From a virus, in IMG/VR virus record IMGVR_UViG_3300032224_000591, positions 64,001-128,000 of that record: a DNA stretch of 64,000 nt. One strand, written 5' to 3'. How positions within the stretch are numbered: position 1 is the stretch's first letter; each line of letters opens with the position of its first letter. The position numbers and the translations under genes are program-made. Below are positions 56,504 to 64,000 of this stretch, piece after piece. The notes beneath the pieces were generated by a model. That model did no database searches and was not told where the DNA came from. It was given only the letters and a program-made list of their open reading frames with translations.

Positions 56504-57000
56504 TGAAGTTTGTGATCGTCCCAGCTATGGCTCTTGCTCTGGCTGGCTGCAACATGGAACCTTCTAGTGATCGCCAACAGCGTGAGCAGCAGGAAGCAAT
56601 TTCGAAACAAAGCCATATGGCCGTAGGCATGCCTGCTATCACTCGCTTCTCTGAGAAGCGTATGATGAAAGACATCCTAGAGATGCGTGATCAGATGCAT
56701 CCTACCTACACGTACCTTGTCGGTGAACAGGCCGGTGTGATTGGTGAGAAGGTTTGTGACTCACTTGGTTATGGCCTCAACGGCGCTACGCAGTATACTA
56801 ATCCTCAGAAAATGACATACTCTGATGGTGGTGGACATGTGCTAGTTCTCCCTCAGGCTGATCCTAATGGTTTGTTCTCACCCGCTACCACCGAAGGTAC
56901 GTGGGTGATGTGTAAGGTTCCTGGTACTGATAAGATCTTGCCTCAGTATATCGAGCCTCGTGTTATTGTGCTGACATTCCCCAAAGAAGCGAGGAAGTGA
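56500..57000 (+). CDS. Lipoprotein
   Basis: Lipobox LAGC; QYTNP, PQADPNGLF, GTWV.C, YIEP. Confidence 0.8.
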   Translation: MMKFVIVPAMALALAGCNMEPSSDRQQREQQEAISKQSHMAVGMPAITRFSEKRMMKDILEMRDQMHPTYTYLVGEQAGVIGEKVCDSLGYGLNGATQYTNPQKMTYSDGGGHVLVLPQADPNGLFSPATTEGTWVMCKVPGTDKILPQYIEPRVIVLTFPKEARK

Positions 57001-57194
57001 TGAAAAAGCTGAGTGAATATAATAGAGATAAGGGCGAAAGTTCGAAACCCTCTATCGGTTATGCAAATGTGAAATGCGATGATTGTGATGTTGAAATGTA
57101 CTATGACAATCCATATGTTGCTCTTGCAAGTTTGCCAATGCAGCAATCAGTTGTTTGTCCTAAATGCAACAAACGTGACTATAAGGTGCTGTGA
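56997..57194 (+). CDS. Small zinc-ribbon protein
   Basis: CDDC...CPKC. Confidence 0.7.
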   Translation: MMKKLSEYNRDKGESSKPSIGYANVKCDDCDVEMYYDNPYVALASLPMQQSVVCPKCNKRDYKVL

Positions 57195-57550
57195 TGAGCT
57201 ATAAGAATGATGCAAAAGAAGTCGCCCAGTTCTTTTCCCTGTTTGGGTTTGGTGTTTGGGGAATAGTGTTGGTACTCCTGCCGCTGATTGGTGGTCTTGG
57301 ATATATTTCCTACCTTGCGTATTCGTTCTATGCTCCCAAGTATGAGCAGGTTCGCTATGATACGTTCAAGCAGAGTCAGACGTACAATGATGGTATGCTC
57401 CGTGACCTGCAGGATCTGCAGATGGAGTACATGAAGGCTAACGACGAACAGAAGGCTGCTATGAAGGCAATCATCCTTCACCGCTTTGCTGTCTATGACG
57501 TTAATCGTCTGCCAATCGACCTTCGTTCATTCTATCAGAGTATCCGATAA
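57191..57550 (+). CDS. Membrane-anchored hypothetical protein
   Basis: N-terminal TM segment; F.QSQ.Y..G. Confidence 0.75.
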   Translation: MMSYKNDAKEVAQFFSLFGFGVWGIVLVLLPLIGGLGYISYLAYSFYAPKYEQVRYDTFKQSQTYNDGMLRDLQDLQMEYMKANDEQKAAMKAIILHRFAVYDVNRLPIDLRSFYQSIR

Positions 57551-57795
57551 TGAATCTCGAGGGTGGAGAGATTTATAAGAAGTTTATGGATGAGGGTAAG
57601 CTAATGCAGTTTATGGTTAAGCATCAGAAGTCACTGCAGTATGAGATTGACTATCTGAAGACTCAGCTAAAGGATCATGACACTGGTCATATCCGTACCG
57701 CTATCTCTGTGCTAGAGGAGCGTGTAGTTGAGATTCAGAAGTATATCGACAGTGTACACGATATGATTATTAGAGCGCAGGCGGTGCTAGGATGA
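57550..57795 (+). CDS. Hypothetical protein
   Basis: HDTGHI.TAISVL..R. Confidence 0.7.
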   Translation: MNLEGGEIYKKFMDEGKLMQFMVKHQKSLQYEIDYLKTQLKDHDTGHIRTAISVLEERVVEIQKYIDSVHDMIIRAQAVLG

Positions 57796-58463
57796 AAGTA
57801 AACATTGGTCCCTATTTGACTTGGTACGGTCCTTATCAGATCGCTGATATGATTTTCTTTTGGATTAAGACCAGGGGCATTTATCTGAAGGATGATGACC
57901 CGCTCAATGAGCGTTGGGACTATGTAGCAAAAGAAAAGTTTGGTGACTGGCTGGCTGATACTTGGGTTGCTAATTTCTGTAACTGGATCCAGGATAAGCG
58001 TAAGCGCACAGAAAAGGTTGAGATTCATCATTATGACGTATGGTCCATGGATCACACGCTCGCGCTTATCATTCATCCTATGCTGGTAAAGCTAAAGGAA
58101 CAGAAACATGGGGCTCCCTTTACCGAGGATAAAGATGTTCCAGAGCATTTGCGCTCTACCTCTGCACCTCCGCTGACTGAAGATGAAAAAAACTGTGGTT
58201 CTACTGATAAGCTGTTCTTCGATCGCTGGGAATATATTCTTAATGAGATGATTTGGGCTTTCTATCAAGCTGCAAAAGACGATCCGGACGCGCCTGAACA
58301 ACCTAAATTCTATACGCGCAAGCTGCTTGACAATGATTTCGATGATTCTCCTGATAACGTTGAAGCTTGGAAAAACTATCAAGTGGAAAATGTCAAGTTT
58401 GAGAAGCGTAAAGAGAACGGTTATTTGCTATTTGGTAAATACTATCGTGGGCTGTGGGACTGA
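57792..58463 (+). CDS. Hypothetical protein of a type seen in T4-like phages
   Basis: D.WSMDHTLA.II.PML, W..IL.EMIWAF, LFGKYY..LWD. Confidence 0.8.
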   Translation: MKVNIGPYLTWYGPYQIADMIFFWIKTRGIYLKDDDPLNERWDYVAKEKFGDWLADTWVANFCNWIQDKRKRTEKVEIHHYDVWSMDHTLALIIHPMLVKLKEQKHGAPFTEDKDVPEHLRSTSAPPLTEDEKNCGSTDKLFFDRWEYILNEMIWAFYQAAKDDPDAPEQPKFYTRKLLDNDFDDSPDNVEAWKNYQVENVKFEKRKENGYLLFGKYYRGLWD

Positions 58464-58467
58464 TTGA

Positions 58468-58542
58468 TCGGGGTTAGTTTAATAGGTAGAACGAAGGACT
58501 TTGAATCCTTTGGTCGAGGTTCGAGTCCTTGCCCCCGAGCCA
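58468..58542 (+). tRNA. tRNA-Gln(UUG)
   Basis: aagga-ctTTGaa-tcctt, GCCA. Confidence 0.92.
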
Positions 58543-58555
58543 ACGTTGGAGATAT

Positions 58556-58753
58556 ATGATGAACGATAAGTTGATAGCAGAGCTTGTCAATAAAGACAAA
58601 ATTATTGATGATTTGAAGGCAACGATGCGGGACGCAATGTTTCAAATCAATTGTGAAGACCCTTGGCAAGCCTACGAAATTCTTGAAGAAGCGGTACAAA
58701 AAAACAACGGCGATTGGGAAAAATTAGATGTTGTTCTTCAGCAAGAATGTTGA
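58556..58753 (+). CDS. Hypothetical protein
   Basis: GGAG RBS after the tRNA. Confidence 0.6.
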   Translation: MMNDKLIAELVNKDKIIDDLKATMRDAMFQINCEDPWQAYEILEEAVQKNNGDWEKLDVVLQQEC

Positions 58754-58937
58754 GAAACGAATTGCTTGGAAGATTGAGATTGATGGTATTACCACAGAAG
58801 GTAAACCAATCTATCACGTTTACAAAGCAAGAGCACCTTATGGCATGGATTTAGTTTGTGAGTTCCATGACTATGATATGGCAAAACGATTTGTAGAAAA
58901 GCACATCGACTTTCCTGTCTATTTCTACGAGGATTAG
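58728..58937 (+). CDS. Hypothetical protein
   Basis: ORF track. Confidence 0.6.
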   Translation: MLFFSKNVEKRIAWKIEIDGITTEGKPIYHVYKARAPYGMDLVCEFHDYDMAKRFVEKHIDFPVYFYED

Positions 58938-58940
58938 CAA

Positions 58941-59225
58941 ATGCCTTTTGGTGGATATAACCCATTAGATGATGGCGAGTATGAAGATTTTTCGCCATGG
59001 TTCAAACCTGAAAGAAAAGTGGAAAAAGTAGTGACAGAGACTTTAACATTCACCTGCAAAGAACTATACGACCTCTATAAGTGGATTGATGCTATGGATC
59101 CAAAGCCGCATCTTATTAAGATCTATAGCACGCAGACCGGCATCGGTCCATCTCTGCGTGCTGAGATTGATAACGGTGAAGGTGAAGGGATCTATAAGGA
59201 CTTTACCGACTATGAGAGTTGGTAA
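58941..59225 (+). CDS. Hypothetical protein
   Basis: TGIG...D.TDYESW C-terminus. Confidence 0.7.
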   Translation: MPFGGYNPLDDGEYEDFSPWFKPERKVEKVVTETLTFTCKELYDLYKWIDAMDPKPHLIKIYSTQTGIGPSLRAEIDNGEGEGIYKDFTDYESW

Positions 59226-59235
59226 ATAGAGTAAT

Positions 59236-59311
59236 GCCCGGTTAGCTCAGCGGTAGTAGCATTTCCTTTACACGGAAAATGTCGGCGGTTCGATCCCGTC
59301 ACCGGGTACCA
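59236..59311 (+). tRNA. tRNA-Val(UAC)
   Basis: tttcc-ttTACac-ggaaa, CCA. Confidence 0.95.
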
Positions 59312-59602
59312 CTACTCTTTCTTAGAAGCCTCAGTGGTCTTCTTTGCACCATCCAAGAACTGATAGATCGAGTTGATGTTCTTCTGACACTGTGTATTAT
59401 TGGTGTGCAGTTGAACAAGCAGCTTTGAAACTTCTACGTCCGTTAATGATTCCGGATTCGGAAACTTGCGGACGTTTGGACAATTGAACAAGCTTTTGTC
59501 TGGCATGATCACAACCTGTTCAGTCTTGGTCAGTACCTGAGGAGGAAGTGGCTTAGCGCAACCGACTACGATGAATGGAAGGAGTAGTACTAGCTTCTTC
59601 AT
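59312..59602 (-). CDS. o-spanin (Rz1-like lipoprotein)
   Basis: Lipobox VVGC, Pro-rich, two further Cys; overlaps the i-spanin stop. Confidence 0.8.
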   Translation of the reverse strand: MKKLVLLLPFIVVGCAKPLPPQVLTKTEQVVIMPDKSLFNCPNVRKFPNPESLTDVEVSKLLVQLHTNNTQCQKNINSIYQFLDGAKKTTEASKKE

Positions 59603-59946
59603 TTCGGTGCATCCTTTAGCTTGGTCACTGTCATCTTCAATACCTCAGAGGCAGGACGATCTAGCTTCTTTGTCTCTGCTGCAGACAGATAATCATCTGC
59701 CGCTTTCATCTTAGCATCGAAAGCATCTTTCTCAGCCTTATTTTTCTTAATAATCTCTTCTTGAGAGGCTTGGATGGCTTCCATCTTGGCCTTAAACTCT
59801 TGCTGGTCCTTAATGGCCTGTTCGATTTGTTTTTGATTGTATTCCATAAGAGCTTCACGTTCGATGCTTGAACGCCACCCATAATAGCCTGCAGTGAGTG
59901 CTCCGAAGAACATCAACCCACCGATAATGATAATGTACAGACGCAT
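59599..59946 (-). CDS. i-spanin (Rz-like)
   Basis: N-terminal TM segment followed by coiled coil. Confidence 0.78.
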   Translation of the reverse strand: MRLYIIIIGGLMFFGALTAGYYGWRSSIEREALMEYNQKQIEQAIKDQQEFKAKMEAIQASQEEIIKKNKAEKDAFDAKMKAADDYLSAAETKKLDRPASEVLKMTVTKLKDAPK

Positions 59947-59967
59947 GATAACCTCCGTGTTCTGGTC

Positions 59968-59979
59968 TATTTATAAATA
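59968..59979. promoter_or_regulatory. Palindromic bidirectional late promoter TATTTATAAATA
   Basis: TATAAATA on both strands between divergent genes. Confidence 0.7.
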
Positions 59980-59999
59980 TGACGTATCAGGAGGTTTAT

Positions 60000-60224
60000 A
60001 TGAGACAAGTTCCACTAATAGGTAATATGCAAATCGTCCCTGAAGAGATTGTCGAGTACTGTGCCAATCAACTTCCAAAAGACGAGGATAATAACTTTTC
60101 AATGTTTCTAAAGGTTGCTAAGCAGCTTAGGCACGCCGGTCTGACACCGATATTCCTGTGTTCGCAGGACCTAAGGGATCTATACGTAACGTCAGAAGAG
60201 AAACTTCAAAAAAAGTTCCACTGA
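60000..60224 (+). CDS. Hypothetical protein
   Basis: GGAGG RBS before ATG 60000. Confidence 0.7.
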   Translation: MRQVPLIGNMQIVPEEIVEYCANQLPKDEDNNFSMFLKVAKQLRHAGLTPIFLCSQDLRDLYVTSEEKLQKKFH

Positions 60225-60319
60225 CCATGTAAATTTTGTGCGTGAGCACATATATAGGATTGTGAGATGCCATCCGGGTCTTATGATAAACCAACTAACT
60301 CGCTTAATAGGAGATAGAC

Positions 60320-60832
60320 ATGACTACTACACCTTGGCCTACATATAAGTTCGATCATACGTTCGCAGACTTTAACAAGTTTGACAAGTACTTCGTTGGA
60401 GCCGACAAGTTCTTCGATCGTCTCAAAGAGACACACGATCTGATCGCTAACACTGCTGCCGTAACATACCCTCCATTCAACCTCAAGAAGACAGATGATA
60501 ACGTATATGTCCTTGAGATGGCTGTTGCAGGTTTTGCTAAGCAAGACATCGAGCTTACACTCGAGGACAACAAGCTGAAGATTGCTGGTAAGGTTGAGGG
60601 TGACGATGCAGTGACTGATGAGTACCTGCATAAGGGTATCTCAGCCCGTCCGTTCCAGCGCTCATTCGTTCTGAATGATAATGTCGTTGTCAACAACGCA
60701 CAATACTTTAATGGATTGCTGAAGATCTGGCTTGAGCATATCATCCCCGATGATAAGAAGCCTAAGAAGATTAATATCGAGGATACCGACTCTCCTGCTC
60801 CTAAGGGCAAGAAGCAGTTCCTCGCAGAGTAA
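60320..60832 (+). CDS. hsp20: Small heat-shock protein Hsp20 (IbpA-like)
   Basis: YPPFN, E.AVAGF, YLHKGIS.R.F.R.F.L, NGLL.I.L....P. Confidence 0.95.
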   Translation: MTTTPWPTYKFDHTFADFNKFDKYFVGADKFFDRLKETHDLIANTAAVTYPPFNLKKTDDNVYVLEMAVAGFAKQDIELTLEDNKLKIAGKVEGDDAVTDEYLHKGISARPFQRSFVLNDNVVVNNAQYFNGLLKIWLEHIIPDDKKPKKINIEDTDSPAPKGKKQFLAE

Positions 60833-60905
60833 TTCCCCGCCAGTAGATACGTCGATTGGCCCCTCCCGGCTCCGGCCGGGAGACTTCTATTCAAGGAATA
60901 AGAAA

Positions 60906-61085
60906 ATGACAAATCTAATATCAACTTTCAGCAGCTGGCTGAAGGGTACATCATACTATTATAATACAATTTACGAACTATCTAGATTGACGGATAGAGA
61001 GCTACAGGACATCGGGCTTACACGTAATGAAATCATCCATATTGCAAATGAGCAATATATCAAGCGGATGATAAATAATTCGTGA
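60906..61085 (+). CDS. DUF1127 (YjiS-like) small protein
   Basis: T..ELSRLTDRELQDIGLTR.EI; AAGGA RBS before ATG 60906. Confidence 0.85.
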   Translation: MTNLISTFSSWLKGTSYYYNTIYELSRLTDRELQDIGLTRNEIIHIANEQYIKRMINNS

Positions 61086-61109
61086 TCCACTCACATTTAT
61101 GGAGTTACA

Positions 61110-61724
61110 ATGTCGATTACACTAGAACAACTCATTAATTTCTTCGAAGACACTGACGACTTCGTACTAGAGAAATATGTTGAGCCTCTCAACAAGACTT
61201 TCGAAAAGTTCGAAATCAATACACCAGATCGTATTGCTATGTTCCTTGCACAGGTTGGACATGAGTCCGGCGGTCTTACTAAGATTCAAGAGAACCTAAA
61301 CTACAAGCCGGCTCGTCTGGCACAAATCTTTCCCAAATATTTTAGAGATGTTGATCCTGATGACTACGGTGGCAAGCCTGAAATGATTGCTAATCGTGTC
61401 TATGCCAGTCGCATGGGTAATGGTGATGAAGATTCTGGTGATGGTTATCGATTCCGTGGTCGTGGTTTGATTCAGCTGACTGGTCGTAATAACTATGAGT
61501 CATTTGCTGAGGACATGGAGATGGATCTAGATGCTGCTGTTGAGTATCTAGGTACACCAGAGGGCGCGTGTATGTCTGCAGGTTGGTTCTGGGATCAGAA
61601 TGACTTGAATGACCTGGCTGACAAGGGTGACATCACGCGATGCACTAAGAAGATCAATGGTGGTACCATCGGTCTTGAAGAGCGTACTGAGCTCTTCGAA
61701 GAGGCAAAGACAATTTTTGCCTGA
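61110..61724 (+). CDS. Glycoside hydrolase family 19 endolysin
   Basis: FLAQ.GHESGG, ENLNY, YRFRGRGLIQLTGR.NY, INGG..GL..R. Confidence 0.92.
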   Translation: MSITLEQLINFFEDTDDFVLEKYVEPLNKTFEKFEINTPDRIAMFLAQVGHESGGLTKIQENLNYKPARLAQIFPKYFRDVDPDDYGGKPEMIANRVYASRMGNGDEDSGDGYRFRGRGLIQLTGRNNYESFAEDMEMDLDAAVEYLGTPEGACMSAGWFWDQNDLNDLADKGDITRCTKKINGGTIGLEERTELFEEAKTIFA

Positions 61725-61739
61725 CTCTAGAACCGAGTC

Positions 61740-61769
61740 ATTTACTTTTACGTGAAATTATTGTATAAT
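61740..61769 (+). promoter_or_regulatory. Early/middle promoter for DNA polymerase
   Basis: ATTTACT...TATAAT upstream of a GGAGG RBS. Confidence 0.65.
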
Positions 61770-61789
61770 GTACCTACAATGGAGGTCAG

Positions 61790-64000
61790 ATGACTCGGTT
61801 CTACACACACGTCTATATGCGCGGCAACAAGATCTACGTCCGCGGTTACCAGAATGGCAAGCCCTTCAAGGAAGAAGAGCACTATCAGCCGTATCTGTTT
61901 GAGTACGTTCCCAACCAGAACTCGAAGTACAAGTCACTCGATGGGCGTCCAGTCCGTCGACGTGACTTTCGTAGTATCAAAGAGGCGCGTGACTATGTGA
62001 AGTCGATGGAGGGTGTGTCCAACAAGCAGATGTTTGGCACTACTCTATATCAATATGTGTACCTGAATGATGAGTTCTCAGGTGATGTTGAGTATGATCC
62101 ATCTGTCATATCTGTAGTCAGCATCGACATCGAAACACCAACCGATCAAGGTTTCCCTGATCCTACAGTAGCTGAGACGCCTATTAGCAACATCACAATC
62201 AGCAAGAATGGCAAGATCGTTGTGTTCGGTTGTGAGTACTACAAGGTTAAGGAACCTAACGTCTACTACTTCCTCTGTAAGAACGAGGAAGAGATGCTGC
62301 GTAAGTTCCTCATGGTCTGGAATGATGAGGACTGGACACCTGATGTTCTGACTGGTTGGAATATCGATGGATTCGACGTGCCATACCTGTACAATCGTAT
62401 CACTAAGCTACTTGGTGAGAATGAAGCACGTAAGCTCTCGCCGTGGCGTATGGTTGAGGCACGTGAGGTGAAGATGAAGTCAGGCGAGGTCAAGATCATC
62501 TACGATCTTGTCGGCATTGCCGTGCTTGACTATCTTGAGTTGTATAAGAAGTTCTCATTCACCAATCAGGAAAGCTACAAGCTCGATCATATCGCTAATC
62601 TCGTTTTAGGTGAGAACAAACTGGACTACTCTGAGTACAACTCACTGTATGACTTCTACAAGAAGGACTATGAGCGATTCGTCGACTACAATATCCACGA
62701 TACTGTTCTAGTTGAACGCCTTGAGGATAAGCTCGGCATGATCAAGCAGGTGTTTGCGCTTGCTTATGACGCGAAGGTTAACTATAACGACGTACTCACG
62801 ACAACACGTCAGTGGGACATCATCATCCATAACTATCTAATGAAAGATAATATTGTTGTGCCATTCTTCTCTACCTTTAAGGAGGAGTTCACTCTTATCG
62901 GCGGTTATGTGAAGGAGGTACAGACTGGTATGCATAAGTGGGTTGTGTCGTTCGACTTGAACTCGCTCTATCCTCATCTCATCATGCAGTACAATATCAG
63001 TCCCGAGACGTTTGTTAGTCGTCAACGTAATGTGCCATCAATCGACAATATCATTAAGGGTATGTATCGTGCGCCTGATGGTAATGAAGCTGTGGCTGCT
63101 AATGGCTGTACATATCGTAAGGACAAGCAAGGGTTTTTGCCAGCTCTTATGGAGAAGATGTATGATGATCGTGTGATCTACAAGAACATGATGCTTGATG
63201 CGAAGAAGCGTTATGAGCAGACGAAGAGCAAGGAGGATGAGAAGCTAATCTCTCGCTATCACAACCTACAGCTTGCCAAGAAGATCCAGTTGAACTCAGC
63301 TTACGGTGCTCTCGGCAATCGCTACTTCCGTTGGTTCTCATTCGATAATGCTGAGGCTATCACTACATCTGGCCAGCTCTCTATTCGTTGGATCGAGAGC
63401 CGTATGAATGAGTACATGAACAAGATCTGTAAGACGAAGGGTGTTGACTATGTTATCGCGTCCGATACAGACTCTATCTATGTCACATTCAAGAACCTGA
63501 TCCCTGTAGGTGCTGATGAGCTCGAGTCTGTTAAGCTTATCGATGAGTTCTGTGAGACTAAGATCCAGTCGTACATCAATAGCTGCTATGATGAGCTGGC
63601 TGGCATGATGAACGCCTATCAGCAGAAGATGCAGATGAAGCGTGAGACAATCGCTAATAAGGGTATCTGGAAAGAGAAGAAGATGTATATCCTCAACGCC
63701 TGGAACGTTGAAGGTGTGCAGTATGATAAGCCTAAGTTGAAGATGTCTGGTATCGAAGCTGTTCGTTCATCTACTCCTAAGAAGTGTCGTGAAGCTATTA
63801 AGACCGCCCTCGAGGTGCTTATGAATCAGACTGAACCTGAGTTTCAAAAGTTTATCGCTGACTTCAAACTTAAGTTCATGGAGATGCCGTTCGAGGAGGT
63901 TGCATTCCCACGTGGTGTCCGCCTGATGGGATATAAGACATCACCTACCGGTGGATCATATAAGACCACTTATAAGCTTGGCGACAAGTCATTACCTATT
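61790..64000 (+). CDS. gp43: Family B DNA polymerase gp43 (partial, runs off the window)
   Basis: DIET, GWN..GFD.PY, SFDLNSLYP, K..LNSAYG, SDTDS, GIEAVRSSTP; absent from the ORF track because it has no stop in the window. Confidence 0.97.
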   Translation, partial: MTRFYTHVYMRGNKIYVRGYQNGKPFKEEEHYQPYLFEYVPNQNSKYKSLDGRPVRRRDFRSIKEARDYVKSMEGVSNKQMFGTTLYQYVYLNDEFSGDVEYDPSVISVVSIDIETPTDQGFPDPTVAETPISNITISKNGKIVVFGCEYYKVKEPNVYYFLCKNEEEMLRKFLMVWNDEDWTPDVLTGWNIDGFDVPYLYNRITKLLGENEARKLSPWRMVEAREVKMKSGEVKIIYDLVGIAVLDYLELYKKFSFTNQESYKLDHIANLVLGENKLDYSEYNSLYDFYKKDYERFVDYNIHDTVLVERLEDKLGMIKQVFALAYDAKVNYNDVLTTTRQWDIIIHNYLMKDNIVVPFFSTFKEEFTLIGGYVKEVQTGMHKWVVSFDLNSLYPHLIMQYNISPETFVSRQRNVPSIDNIIKGMYRAPDGNEAVAANGCTYRKDKQGFLPALMEKMYDDRVIYKNMMLDAKKRYEQTKSKEDEKLISRYHNLQLAKKIQLNSAYGALGNRYFRWFSFDNAEAITTSGQLSIRWIESRMNEYMNKICKTKGVDYVIASDTDSIYVTFKNLIPVGADELESVKLIDEFCETKIQSYINSCYDELAGMMNAYQQKMQMKRETIANKGIWKEKKMYILNAWNVEGVQYDKPKLKMSGIEAVRSSTPKKCREAIKTALEVLMNQTEPEFQKFIADFKLKFMEMPFEEVAFPRGVRLMGYKTSPTGGSYKTTYKLGDKSLPI

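Noticed and set aside
61790-64000. Intron or intein in gp43, given its absence from the ORF track
   Set aside because: PolB motifs appear in normal order and spacing; the gene simply has no stop within the window

Overview
The window is part of a T4-like (myovirus) phage genome. The host is probably an alphaproteobacterium: there is a rhizobial-type Omp25/RopB-like porin, a DUF1127 protein, TctC/Bug proteins and a tRNA-His with A73 and no G-1. From left to right: (1) 1-8.3 kb accessory late genes, with two tandem [late promoter - small ORF - PP-loop enzyme - TctC/Bug] cassettes, a third TctC and Fe(II)/2OG oxygenases; (2) 8.4-23.5 kb virion module gp13-gp23 plus gp3; (3) 23.6-31 kb uvsY, uvsW, gp55, gp47, gp46, peptide deformylase and a denV-like gene; (4) 31.3-38.4 kb nucleotide/DNA modification cluster around a gp42-type dCMP hydroxymethylase; (5) gp45-44-62-regA; (6) 41.4-44.1 kb small early genes behind repeated promoter cassettes; (7) 44.2-59.3 kb region with 29 tRNAs covering all 20 amino acids, separated by strongly base-paired spacers and cargo genes, including an unannotated ArfA-like ORF; (8) spanins, Hsp20, GH19 endolysin and the 5' part of gp43 DNA polymerase. 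Best candidates for new biology are a possible amino-acid-type hypermodification of hydroxymethylcytosine, stop codons buried in tRNA 5' ends alongside a phage ArfA-like factor, the duplicated PP-loop/TctC cassettes, and unclassified structured RNAs. All family assignments come from motif recognition by eye; no searches or folding programs were run.
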